64,000 nucleotides of DNA, taken from positions 300,215 through 364,214 of the forward strand of contig CAYFPM010000001.1 in the NCBI GenBank assembly GCA_964345045.1, in the 5' to 3' direction. Within the stretch, counting starts at the first letter, position 1; each line of letters starts with the position of its first letter. Under the pieces are notes generated by a model. It had not been told where the DNA came from. It saw only the letters and a list, made by a program, of their open reading frames with translations, and did not search any database. Made by a program: the position numbers and the translations under genes. This document shows, piece by piece, positions 18,086-27,384 of the stretch. The stretch comes from an uncultured Gammaproteobacteria bacterium (lineage in GTDB: Bacteria > Patescibacteriota > Patescibacteriia > Magasanikbacterales > UBA922).

Positions 18086-19477
18086 ATGTCTACAAAAATT
18101 CAAAAAAAATTAAAAAATCTTCCAGATACACCGGGTATCTATCTTTTTTATAATTTCAAAAAAGAATTAGTCTATGTAGGCAAAGCCACTTCTCTAAAAA
18201 GTAGAGTTAGAAGTTACTTCAACAGTGGTAACAAAACTAGCCGACCAATAGAAGCACTGATTCACGAAGTGGCAGATATAAAATGGAAAGAAGCAGACTC
18301 TGTACTAGAAGCCATAATAATGGAAGCCAACCATATAAAAAAATATCAACCCAAATATAATGTAGACGGTAAAGATGATAAAAGTTGGAATTATATTGTA
18401 ATAACCAAAGACGAGTATCCACGTGTAGAGACTGTGCGACAACATGAGCTTGAAAATGTACGAAATACTAAAGATACGAAATTACGAAAATTTAACGAAG
18501 TGTTTGGGCCATATCCTGGGTTGAATACCAAAGAGACTTTGAAATTGCTAAGAAAGATTTTTACTTATTCAACCTGTCAAAGCAAGAAAGCAAAAAAACA
18601 AGAAAGCAAAAAAGTTAAGCCATGTTTTTATTATCAACTAGGGCAGTGTTTGGGGGTGTGTACTGGCGAGATAAGTTCTACAGAATACAAAGCAAAAGTA
18701 ATTAGGCCTTTGAAAACTTTTCTTGGTGGTAGAAAAAAGCAACTTATAAAAAGTTTGGAAGTAAAAATGAGAAAGGAGTCTAAGCTAGAGAATTTCGAAG
18801 AAGCAGCCAGACTTCGCAACCAGATATCGGCTTTGCAAAGGATTCATGATGTGGCGCTTTTGAATAAATCGTTTGTAGATACCCCCTCAGGCCTGCGGCC
18901 AGCTCCCCCTAAACCCTCACCCGGACGCCCTGCGGTCGTTTCGACCTCTCCCAGAGGGAGAGGTGAAAACTCTGATTCTAGAAAAGAAGTTATTAGAATA
19001 GAAGGCTACGATATTTCTAATTTTGGTGCTACTGGCAAAGTGGGGTCGATGGTGGTCTTTGAATTTGGCGAAGCCAAGAAAAAAGATTACAGAAAATTTA
19101 AAATTAAATCTGTAGTAGGGCAGAGTGATGTGGATTGTCTCGAGGAAGTTCTTGAACGCAGACTGCGTCACGCAAAAAGCAAAGAGCAAGGAACAAAGAA
19201 CAAGAAAGATTTTTGGCCTTTGCCGCAAGTATTTTTGATTGATGGTGGTAAGCCGCAGGTTAACCGGGCAAAGAAAGTTTTGAAAGATAATAAAGTGGAT
19301 GTGCCGGTGGTGGGGATTGCCAAGGGGCCAGATAGAAAAAAAAATGAATTTATATTGGGGAGTAAGAATAAAGACTTTGTTAAATGGGTTTATTCTAATC
19401 AAAAATTGTTAATCGCGGTGCGCGACGAGGCTCATCGGTTTGCAATTGCTTATCAGCGAAAATTACGAAAATTATAA
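18086..19477 (+). CDS. uvrC: excinuclease ABC subunit C (UvrC), short form without C-terminal (HhH)2, carrying an in-frame GC-rich insertion
   Basis: GIY-YIG (PGIYLFYN...VYVGKA), UvrBC-binding region, RNaseH-like endonuclease (DEAHRFAI); extra DTPSGLRPAPPKPSPGRPAVVSTSPRGRGENSDSRK. Confidence 0.9.
   Translation: MSTKIQKKLKNLPDTPGIYLFYNFKKELVYVGKATSLKSRVRSYFNSGNKTSRPIEALIHEVADIKWKEADSVLEAIIMEANHIKKYQPKYNVDGKDDKSWNYIVITKDEYPRVETVRQHELENVRNTKDTKLRKFNEVFGPYPGLNTKETLKLLRKIFTYSTCQSKKAKKQESKKVKPCFYYQLGQCLGVCTGEISSTEYKAKVIRPLKTFLGGRKKQLIKSLEVKMRKESKLENFEEAARLRNQISALQRIHDVALLNKSFVDTPSGLRPAPPKPSPGRPAVVSTSPRGRGENSDSRKEVIRIEGYDISNFGATGKVGSMVVFEFGEAKKKDYRKFKIKSVVGQSDVDCLEEVLERRLRHAKSKEQGTKNKKDFWPLPQVFLIDGGKPQVNRAKKVLKDNKVDVPVVGIAKGPDRKKNEFILGSKNKDFVKWVYSNQKLLIAVRDEAHRFAIAYQRKLRKL
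18868..18957. repeat. GC-rich composite palindromic element inserted in-frame in uvrC
   Basis: ccccctcaggcctgcggccagctccccctaaaccctcacccgg...cgacctctcccagagggagaggtg. Left half matches the uvrB element and right half the uvrA element. Confidence 0.7.
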
Positions 19478-19608
19478 GAACAAAAAACGACCGGAAGGTC
19501 GTTTTTTGTTCTATCTGTATATTTTTACAAATATACAAAATGGTGTGGGTGCAAGCAACGAATTGCTTGCACCAGAATTCCTTTGTAGCTCTAGTGCCAT
19601 AGAGCCGA

Positions 19609-19680
19609 TGGGGCGGGCCGGAATCGAACCGGAGACTCTCTGACGGACGTCAGGCGCTTTCCCAATTAAGCTACCGCTCC
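19609..19680 (-). tRNA. tRNA-like gene with atypical anticodon arm (possibly Gly-UCC-like); CCA not encoded
   Basis: Acceptor GGAGCGG/CCGCCCC (one A-C mismatch), D arm GCTT-AATTGGGA-AAGC, T arm with TTCGATT loop. The anticodon region CTGACGTCCGTCAG folds as a tight palindrome and gives a 6-nt loop under the standard template. Confidence 0.45.
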
Positions 19681-19931
19681 TAGTTGTGTTTGTAGAACCT
19701 TGTCTACTTTTTTACGATTCTATCGTTTCCTACCCAGCCAATCACCTCGACGAGTAGGAGGCAGCCACGTAATCCTAATCGGAGGGAGTTTATGACCACA
19801 GCTTCGGTGGCTTTGTAGGCCAATGTGCCTTTTTGGAGGCGACATCCGGATTTCTCTTGGTTTTGCATACTAAAATCATTATCACAAAAAAAAGTAAATG
19901 TCAATAGCAAAAATGTTTTTTGTTTAGTATC

Positions 19932-19960
19932 TTGACAATTTAATAAAATTGTGTTAATAA
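19932..19960 (+). promoter_or_regulatory. candidate promoter (TTGACA-17-TAATAA) for the high-GC small ORF
   Basis: ttgaca at 19932; weak -10. Confidence 0.3.
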
Positions 19961-19998
19961 AAATATATTCTCGTTTAGAGATGGAAGGAGCTAATAGA

Positions 19999-20208
19999 AT
20001 GACTAACGTTACGTACGAGACCTGCCCGGGGTGTGGTGGTACCAGGTCAAGGGGTCACTACGGTGGCACCAGGTGTCCCCGCTGTTCCAGGAATGCTCGC
20101 GAGTCCAGGCGTCGCACCGCCGCCGCGATCGGTGACGCAATCATCGAGGGGCCAATCGCGGTTGTCAAGGGCGTGAGGAGCGTCTTCAGGTTCTTAAACC
20201 AGCTCTGA
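19999..20208 (+). CDS. small Arg-rich zinc-ribbon protein (CPGCGG...CPRC), high GC (island D)
   Basis: SD ggaaggag 8 nt upstream of ATG; CxxC-x14-CxxC; GC ~62%; its own terminators follow. Confidence 0.45.
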   Translation: MTNVTYETCPGCGGTRSRGHYGGTRCPRCSRNARESRRRTAAAIGDAIIEGPIAVVKGVRSVFRFLNQL

Positions 20209-20247
20209 CCGCCAGGTCCAGGTTCTGCGAGAGCAACCGAGAATGCG

Positions 20248-20312
20248 GGAGCACGATTAGTCGTGCTCCTGCCTCAAACTTCAATTTGTTACAGCCTGTA
20301 GGCTGTTTTTTT
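20248..20312 (+). terminator. two consecutive hairpins (ggagcacga..tcgtgctcc; acagcctgtaggctgt + T7) ending island D
   Basis: The second hairpin core cagcctgtaggct is identical to the one at 7590. Confidence 0.5.
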
Positions 20313-20359
20313 GTTTACAAATAAACTAAATTTTTATCCACAAAAGTGGGTATTTGTGG

Positions 20360-20388
20360 TTGTTGCATAAATAAAAGTGGTGTATAAT
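20360..20388 (+). promoter_or_regulatory. mraZ promoter (TTGTTG-17-TATAAT)
   Basis: tataat at 20383, ~80 nt upstream of the mraZ ATG. Confidence 0.4.
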
Positions 20389-20467
20389 GGATGCAGGTGG
20401 GGAAAAGTGGGGAAAATCCTTTCAATCGTTCCGACCTCTACTTCTAGTAGAGGCAAAGTTGCTAACC

Positions 20468-20899
20468 ATGTTCATCGGCGAATATACACACAATCTGGAC
20501 GAAAAAGGCCGTTTGGCAGTCCCAAAGAAATTTCGGGCAGATTTGTCAAAAGGTGCTGTAGTAACCAGAGGATTAGACAACTGTTTGTTTCTATATACCC
20601 AAAAAGAATGGAAAAACTTGGCCGAGAAATTGGCTAGCCTCCCATTTGCCCAGGCCAATACCCGCGCTTTTGCCAGACTAATGCTGGCTGGTGCCATGGA
20701 TGTAAAAGTAGACAAACAAGGCAGAATAATTTTGCCAGATTACCTTCGTAGTTTTGCTGGTCTCAAGAAAAATACAATTGTAGCCGGTCTATACAACCGC
20801 CTAGAAATATGGGATCAGAAAAAATGGGAAGATTACAAAAAGAAATCAGAAACACAGAGCACAGAGATAGCCGAACAAATGGCTGAGCTCGGAATTTAA
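20468..20899 (+). CDS. mraZ: division/cell wall cluster transcriptional regulator MraZ
   Basis: MFIGEYTHNLDEKGRLAVPKKFR duplicated MraZ/SpoVT-AbrB motifs. Confidence 0.85.
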   Translation: MFIGEYTHNLDEKGRLAVPKKFRADLSKGAVVTRGLDNCLFLYTQKEWKNLAEKLASLPFAQANTRAFARLMLAGAMDVKVDKQGRIILPDYLRSFAGLKKNTIVAGLYNRLEIWDQKKWEDYKKKSETQSTEIAEQMAELGI

Positions 20900-21020
20900 A
20901 AGAATAGAATTAACTTGTCATTTCGAGGAGGTACGACGAGAAATCTTTCTGACTAATAACTAACTAAAAAGTTGTTGCACGGAAAGATTCCTCGCTACGC
21001 TCGGAATGACTGAATTTACT

Positions 21021-21962
21021 ATGAGACATGTACCAGTATTGTTAAACGAAGTATTAGAAGCACTAAATTTGGAATCAGGTAAAAATATTGTCGATTGCAC
21101 CTTAGGAGACGCTGGTCACTCGGAAAAAATATTAGAAAAGATTAGTCCAGATGGAAAATTGCTTGGAATTGATGCTGATCCAGAATCAATTTTGCGTGCC
21201 AAGAAATATTTGCATCAGTACGAAGGTAGAACTGTTTTTGTAAGAGATAATTTTGTAGGAATCAAAAGTATTGTAGAAGAAGAAAAATTTGCACCGGTTC
21301 ATGGAGTCTTACTAGATCTAGGTTGGTCTACTCCTCAGTTCGAAGAAAGAAGAAGAGGTTTTAGTTTCAAAAATTTGCAAGAACCGCTTGATATGCGCTA
21401 CGACAAGAGACGAGCTTGTAAGCACAATGTAGGAGGGGAGTATTACGAAGCTTGTACTGCGGCCAGTATCTTGAATACCGAATCAGAAAAAGAATTGGCC
21501 AGAATTTTTAAAGAATACGGAGAAGAAAAGTTTGCCAAAGAAATTGCCAAAGCAGTTGTAGAAAAAAGAAAAGAATTGGAATTTGAACTAGTAGGAGATT
21601 TGGTGAATACAGTTTTAGAAGTTTATAGAAAAAAATTAAAAACAGATAAAGAAATTCCTTGGATAGGCGGGCTGCACCCAGCTACCAAAGTGTTCCAAGC
21701 GTTGAGAATAAGTGTAAATGAAGAACTAACAGCTGTAAAAGAAACTTTGCCGCAAGCAGTAGAAGTACTGGAACCAGGTGGTAGATTGGCCATAATATCG
21801 TTTCATTCGCTAGAAGACAGAATAGTCAAACATTATTTCAAAAGTCAGGATGGAAAAAGTCTAAAAATAATTACCAAAAAGCCAATTACCTGTGGAGAAG
21901 AAGAATACAAAAATAATCCACCTTCACGTTCTGCCAAATTGCGAGTTGTCGAAAGGATATAG
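21021..21962 (+). CDS. rsmH: 16S rRNA (cytosine1402-N4)-methyltransferase RsmH
   Basis: HVPVLLNEVLEAL, SAM-binding DCTLGDAGHS, FHSLEDRIVK. Confidence 0.9.
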   Translation: MRHVPVLLNEVLEALNLESGKNIVDCTLGDAGHSEKILEKISPDGKLLGIDADPESILRAKKYLHQYEGRTVFVRDNFVGIKSIVEEEKFAPVHGVLLDLGWSTPQFEERRRGFSFKNLQEPLDMRYDKRRACKHNVGGEYYEACTAASILNTESEKELARIFKEYGEEKFAKEIAKAVVEKRKELEFELVGDLVNTVLEVYRKKLKTDKEIPWIGGLHPATKVFQALRISVNEELTAVKETLPQAVEVLEPGGRLAIISFHSLEDRIVKHYFKSQDGKSLKIITKKPITCGEEEYKNNPPSRSAKLRVVERI

Positions 21963-21995
21963 GAAGTAGGCAACAGGCAATAGTTATTAGAAAAA
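21963..21995. repeat. TAGGCAACAGGCAATAG motif plus imperfect hairpin after rsmH (family also at 37888 and 44733)
   Basis: gaagtaggcaacaggcaatagtt...ctattacct. Confidence 0.5.
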
Positions 21996-22056
21996 ATCCT
22001 ATTACCTAATAAAAACTAATAAACTAATCACCTAACCACCTAGTTACTAAACAAAT

Positions 22057-22395
22057 ATGACACACACACCAAAACAAACAATGAGACAAAGAAGATTAGC
22101 TCTAAAAAGAATGTTTCTTAGTACAACTTTTAGATTTACAGCTTTACTTTTTATGTTAGTTTTTGGTGTGCTGTATGTAATGCAAACTAGTTCTGTATCT
22201 ACCAAAGGATACGATATCAATGAATTGCAAAGACAAATTACCAAACTAGAACAAGATAACCAAAGATTAGAATTTGAAATTGCTACTAACCGTTCTATGC
22301 AAAGTATTCAACAAAGATTGTCTGGTATGGATTTGGTAGCAGTAGATACTATGGAATATGGCACATTGGTAGGTACTGCTGTGGCAAGAAGATAA
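22057..22395 (+). CDS. FtsL-like cell division protein
   Basis: Single TM followed by coiled coil, in the position after rsmH. Confidence 0.5.
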   Translation: MTHTPKQTMRQRRLALKRMFLSTTFRFTALLFMLVFGVLYVMQTSSVSTKGYDINELQRQITKLEQDNQRLEFEIATNRSMQSIQQRLSGMDLVAVDTMEYGTLVGTAVARR

Positions 22396-22450
22396 AAAAT
22401 AATAAAAAATAATAAAAAATAAAAACACTCCCGCTATGGGAGTTTTGTTT
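22394..22450 (+). terminator. (aaaaaataat)x3 tandem repeat followed by hairpin actcccgctatgggagt + T-run
   Basis: Directly downstream of the ftsL-like stop. Confidence 0.5.
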
Positions 22451-22588
22451 TTTGTGATAAAATTAATTAGGGAGTAGTAAGTAGAGGGTAGGCAGTAGTG
22501 GAAAGTTTTTAGACGATTATGTGACTAAACTTTAACTAATATTGTATTTTGTTTTAATGATTTCATGCTTTAATGTTTTATTGAGGTT

Positions 22589-22939
22589 ATGTGGCTAATG
22601 GTTTTACAACGTATTACCATAGATTTTCTTTGGCATTTGGTTTACTTTCCAATTTGGTGGTATACCGGAGGTGTTAAGAAAACTTTAATTTTTTGTTTCA
22701 ATTTATTTCAAACTGGCAATGAAAATTTGGCGCCAGGGCTTTGGTTACGCAATATTTTTGTGCCAATGTTTGGCCAAACAGATTGGCAAGGTAGGATCAT
22801 GAGTTTTTTCATGCGTCTTGTAAATGTTATTTTTAGATTTATTATTTTGGCAATTTGGTTTTTTGTGGTGTTGATAATATTTTTTCTTTGGTTAATTTTA
22901 CCAATTTTTATTGGCTATATGTTGGCGCTTTCATTTTAG
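22589..22939 (+). CDS. hypothetical polytopic membrane protein
   Basis: Trp-rich, 3-4 TM helices. Confidence 0.45.
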   Translation: MWLMVLQRITIDFLWHLVYFPIWWYTGGVKKTLIFCFNLFQTGNENLAPGLWLRNIFVPMFGQTDWQGRIMSFFMRLVNVIFRFIILAIWFFVVLIIFFLWLILPIFIGYMLALSF

Positions 22940-22942
22940 GAT

Positions 22943-25684
22943 ATGCTTTTTGTAAAACAAGAACCACTCAATATAATTTCTTCCAAAAAGGATCCCAAGC
23001 CTACGGTTTTTTCCGAAGGTGCTAGTTTTGGTTATTCGGCTCGTGGTAAATGGTTGTATTTTGGTTTACCAATTTCCAAGTACAATATAGCTTTGCGTCG
23101 TTCACAAAAATGGCTTAGAAAATTAGAAATAGCCAGTGGATTATTTTTTGGTTTAGCTTTTTTGGGATTATTTTTAATACAAATTTTAGCTACCAATTCT
23201 TTTGATTTGCTTTTAACAAATAATTTTTGGACAGAAGCCGATTTGTCTATCAATAGTGCTCCAATGTTGTTTTGGTTGGCAACTATTTCTTTTTTGTTTT
23301 CTTTTTATAGGTTTTTGGCAAAGAGTACACATATTCACAAAGTAGAACAACGCCAATTTGGCAAAGATATAAGCCCGACCAGTGTGGAAACTCCAATGGT
23401 AGCAACTTGGGAAGAAGTAAAAAAAATTTCCAGAAAAAACAAAATTAATGTTGCCAAAACTTTTACAAACGAGGCTATAGAAGTACTTGAAAACAGTTAC
23501 AAATTGGCAGACAAATACCAAAATGGCATTGTTACTCCCATTCATGTACTGCACGCTTTGTTGGAATGTAAAAAAATTTATGCAGTATTTTTGCGTCTCG
23601 GCATACCAGTCAAAAATATCAAGTCGCAAATAATAAGCGCCCTCAAAAATAACAAGGGAGAATCAATTCCATCTCTAACAGCTCCGGTCAAACAAATTAT
23701 TTTTCATGCTTATGAATTGGCTTATGAAAAAAGACAAGAACAAGTTTATGTTACAGAGATATTGGTAACAACTATACGCGAGTCAAAAGCTATTCAAGAT
23801 TTACTTTATGATCTAAAGGTAGACGGGCAAAAATTAACCAATGTGGTTGAGTGGGTTAGGATTCGTGAAAATTTGCGTTTGCAAAGAAAAGCTTTTAGCA
23901 AAGCTGCTAGCAAAGTTAGCAAACACGGCATAGACAAGGCTATGACAGCCGTAGCTACTCCATTTTTAAATAGTTTTTCCAAAGACATTACTTTGGCAGC
24001 CAAGTTTGGTTACTTGGCACCCTGTGTAGCCAGAGATAGAGAGATAGAAGAAATTTTTCGGGTTATAGAAGGTGGTAGACAAAGTATAGTTTTGGTAGGT
24101 GAACATGGTGTGGGCAAACAAAGCATTATAGAAGGGATTGTTCAAAAAATGATTGTGGGCGATGTGCCAAAAAGACTCTATGACAAACGTATGGTTCAGC
24201 TTTCTACCTCGTCTCTTTTGGCGGGTACTACCGTAAGTGGAGCACAAGAAAGATTAATAAAAATGATGAATGAAATTAGGAAGGCCGGCAACATTATTCT
24301 TTTTGTAAATAATATTCATGATTTGGTAAGTATAAACGAAGCTGGTGGGGGAGAAGGATTAGATGTTTCCGAATCTTTGGCCGAATTTTTGGGAGGCAAT
24401 GTGCTACTTTTTGCCACTACTACCACCGATGGTTACAATCGCAATCTTGCCAATAGCCAGTTGGGCTCCAAGCTCTCCAAAGTCGATGTAAGAGAAATGA
24501 ACGAAAACCAAGCTATACAAGTAATAGAATCAAAAATCGGAGGGGTAGAATACAAGCACAATGTTTTCTTTTCTTACGATGCTATTGCTCAGTCGGTAAC
24601 TTTGGCGAGTAGATTTTTGCACGATCAGACTTTGCCAGAAAGTGCGCTCGAGATTGTCTCCGAGGCTGCTAGTTTTGCCAAAAATCAAAAAGGAGCCAAT
24701 AGTATGGTAACGTCCGAAGAAGTAGCTGCCGTAGTTTCGGACAAAACCGGCGTGCCTACTACTAGTATCTCCGAAGATGAATCTAGTAAACTATTGCGTT
24801 TGGAAGACGAAATGCACAAACGAGTAATTGGTCAGAACGAAGCTGTAGAATTGGTTTCCAATGCTTTGCGTCGCGCCAGAGCCGAGATCCGCTCTACCAA
24901 ACGGCCAATTGCTAATTTTCTTTTTCTGGGTCCTACTGGGGTGGGAAAAACAGAATTGGCCAAGACTATTGCTAGTGTTTATTTTGGTGGAGAAAATAGA
25001 ATGATAAGAATAGATATGAGTGAGTTTCAGGACAAAAGTGGAATTTATAGACTAATTGGTCAGCCGGGTCAAAAAGGTAGTGGACTCCTAACCGAAGCTG
25101 TACGACAAGAACCTTTTTCACTTATATTGCTAGACGAAATGGAAAAAGCTGATCCGGATATTCTTAATTTGTTTTTACAAGTTTTTGACGATGGTAGACT
25201 AACTGATAGTGTGGGGAGAGTAATTGATTTTACCAATACTATTATTATTTCAACCTCAAATGCCGGGACTAGTTATGTACAACAGCAAATTACTTCTGGC
25301 GTAGAGCTTGAAACTATACGTCAAAGTTTGATAAGAGGAGAATTGAAAAATTATTATCGACCGGAATTTTTAAACAGGTTCGATGGGATTGTGCTATTCC
25401 GTTCGCTACAAAGAGAAGAAATCAAACAAATTGCCGGACTAATGTTGAAGAGAGTAGAGACAGATTTAGAAAAAAGAGGAGTGGGGTTAAGAGTAGAAGA
25501 CGAAGCCTTAGAAGCTTTGGCCGAAGTTGGTTTTGATCCAGAATTTGGGGCTAGACCAATGAGAAGAGCTATCCAAGACAAAGTAGAAAATAAATTAGCC
25601 GAGCTTATTTTGGCAGGTAATTTGAAACGTAGAGATACTGTAGTTTTGGGGGCTGGAGCAGAAATTTTGGTCGAAAGAGCCTAA
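22943..25684 (+). CDS. ClpC/ClpB-family AAA+ ATPase with N-terminal membrane region and degenerate NBD1 Walker A
   Basis: Clp_N repeats, NBD1 VLVGEHGVGKQS (not GEPGVGKT), NBD2 FLGPTGVGKTELAK, sensor ILLDEMEKA; N-terminus has 2-3 TM helices. Confidence 0.7.
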   Translation: MLFVKQEPLNIISSKKDPKPTVFSEGASFGYSARGKWLYFGLPISKYNIALRRSQKWLRKLEIASGLFFGLAFLGLFLIQILATNSFDLLLTNNFWTEADLSINSAPMLFWLATISFLFSFYRFLAKSTHIHKVEQRQFGKDISPTSVETPMVATWEEVKKISRKNKINVAKTFTNEAIEVLENSYKLADKYQNGIVTPIHVLHALLECKKIYAVFLRLGIPVKNIKSQIISALKNNKGESIPSLTAPVKQIIFHAYELAYEKRQEQVYVTEILVTTIRESKAIQDLLYDLKVDGQKLTNVVEWVRIRENLRLQRKAFSKAASKVSKHGIDKAMTAVATPFLNSFSKDITLAAKFGYLAPCVARDREIEEIFRVIEGGRQSIVLVGEHGVGKQSIIEGIVQKMIVGDVPKRLYDKRMVQLSTSSLLAGTTVSGAQERLIKMMNEIRKAGNIILFVNNIHDLVSINEAGGGEGLDVSESLAEFLGGNVLLFATTTTDGYNRNLANSQLGSKLSKVDVREMNENQAIQVIESKIGGVEYKHNVFFSYDAIAQSVTLASRFLHDQTLPESALEIVSEAASFAKNQKGANSMVTSEEVAAVVSDKTGVPTTSISEDESSKLLRLEDEMHKRVIGQNEAVELVSNALRRARAEIRSTKRPIANFLFLGPTGVGKTELAKTIASVYFGGENRMIRIDMSEFQDKSGIYRLIGQPGQKGSGLLTEAVRQEPFSLILLDEMEKADPDILNLFLQVFDDGRLTDSVGRVIDFTNTIIISTSNAGTSYVQQQITSGVELETIRQSLIRGELKNYYRPEFLNRFDGIVLFRSLQREEIKQIAGLMLKRVETDLEKRGVGLRVEDEALEALAEVGFDPEFGARPMRRAIQDKVENKLAELILAGNLKRRDTVVLGAGAEILVERA

Positions 25685-25942
25685 TTATAAATTTTAAATT
25701 TTTAAACTTTTGCTAGTTTGTCATTTCGACTCTACGTCGGAGAGAAATCTGACATTGTGATTAATTATGCTTTGCAATACGCTTGCCCTAGAGAAAAAAT
25801 ATCACAGTGACAGATCTCTCACCCGACTTTGGTCGGGATTCGAGATGACATCTCTTTTTTGATTTTAGAATTAATAATATAGTAAAATGTCATTGCAGAT
25901 AGATCTATGGATTTTTTGCAATGATTTTTTTGTAAATTTATT

Positions 25943-26842
25943 ATGAACAAATATCTTGGTGCTTTGTACGCTTTTGTGGCTGCCTTTTGTTTTGGAATTT
26001 CGGCGCCACTAATAAAAGTTGCCGCTGACAATATTCCGGTTTTTTTCTTTCAATCTTTTGTTTTGTTTACCGCTTTGTTGATTTTGATACCAATTCATTA
26101 TTTGTCCCAAAATAAAAGAGCTTGGCAGATCAAAAAATACTGGAAAGAATTTTTGTTGATTGGAATTTTGGGTACAGTTATCCCGGCTTCTTTGGCTACT
26201 TTTGGGTTTGCTATGGGGTATGGTTCCAATGCTTCGGTCATGCTCCGTACAGAAGTGTTTTTTGTGCTTATTGTAGGAGCTATGTTTTTTGACGAAAGAG
26301 TTAATCTACGTCAGATTCTTGGGATTTTATTTGGTTTTTTGGGAGTGGTTTTATTTATTACTCAGTTCCAATTGCAATTTTCTTGGGCAGATATATTTGT
26401 AGCTATTGCCGGAGCTTGTTTTGCGGTGCAGTTTTATGTGGTAAAAATAATTGCTAATAATTTGTCTCCGGTACAGATTAATATTGCTAGATTTGCAGTG
26501 GCCTTACCATTTTTTGTTTTGGCTAGCATTTGGTTCGAAACCATAAACTTTTCTACCGTAACTCCTTATTTGCCACATGCTTTTGTCGGGAATACTTTTT
26601 TGATTATGATTGTTGGGGTTAATTTTTATTTTGCGGCTGTTAAATATTGGGAGATTTGGAAAGTGGCTTTTACGGCTCAGTTTGGAGCGGTTTTGATTGG
26701 GGCGATTAGCTCTATTATGATTTTGGGAGAAATGTTTTCTGGTTGGCAGTGGTTGGGGACACTTATTATTGTAGCGAGCTTGTTTGTAGTGTTATATCAG
26801 CCGGCAAAAAAGAGTTGGATTAGAAAGTTCTTAAAGATATGA
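25943..26842 (+). CDS. DMT-superfamily (EamA-like) transporter
   Basis: 10 TM helices, duplicated EamA domains. Confidence 0.7.
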   Translation: MNKYLGALYAFVAAFCFGISAPLIKVAADNIPVFFFQSFVLFTALLILIPIHYLSQNKRAWQIKKYWKEFLLIGILGTVIPASLATFGFAMGYGSNASVMLRTEVFFVLIVGAMFFDERVNLRQILGILFGFLGVVLFITQFQLQFSWADIFVAIAGACFAVQFYVVKIIANNLSPVQINIARFAVALPFFVLASIWFETINFSTVTPYLPHAFVGNTFLIMIVGVNFYFAAVKYWEIWKVAFTAQFGAVLIGAISSIMILGEMFSGWQWLGTLIIVASLFVVLYQPAKKSWIRKFLKI

Positions 26843-27306
26843 AAATTATAAAATCAAAAAAATTAAGATGGTTGGCTATATTATTTTTTGTTGGTTCAGC
26901 TTTGTTTTTGCATTTTTGGAATTTTCGGTGGCCTACGGCAGTTTTGGAATTGGCAGGACAAGAATTGGAGGTACTGGTAGCCAGATCGCCAAATCATCAG
27001 TACAAGGGGCTGGGTGGGCGAGATAGTCTGGAACCTTACGATGGTATGCTGTTTGTTTTTTCTTTTCCTAGGCAGGTAGGGATTGTAATGCGAGATATGA
27101 GGTTCCCTATAGATATTGTATGGATAGAAAAGGGAGTGGTAGTAGATATTGCACCCTATGTACAGGTAGAACCAGGTGTGCCAGAAGGTCAGCTACGAGT
27201 ATATAGGCCTAGAGTCCCAGCCAAGTATGTGCTAGAGCTACCTGCCGGTTGGGCAGAGGAGTATGAGCTAAAAATAGGGGATAGACTAAGGGTTTTGGAA
27301 GAATAG
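26839..27306 (+). CDS. DUF192 domain protein
   Basis: GLGGRDSLEPYDGMLFVF...FPIDIVWIEKGVVVDI. Confidence 0.6.
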   Translation: MKIIKSKKLRWLAILFFVGSALFLHFWNFRWPTAVLELAGQELEVLVARSPNHQYKGLGGRDSLEPYDGMLFVFSFPRQVGIVMRDMRFPIDIVWIEKGVVVDIAPYVQVEPGVPEGQLRVYRPRVPAKYVLELPAGWAEEYELKIGDRLRVLEE

Positions 27307-27384
27307 ACTTGACTAGCTGCCTGGGGCGTGCTATACTGCTGGCGTTCCCTAAAGTAAATTACTTAGCTATAAATTTATTATATT

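Noticed and set aside
7590-20306. Identical 13-mer cagcctgtaggct at 7590 and 20294 as evidence that islands A and D share a mobile-element end
   Set aside because: A single short hairpin core match, about 13 nt, is within chance expectation for this much sequence. No extended flanking similarity was found.
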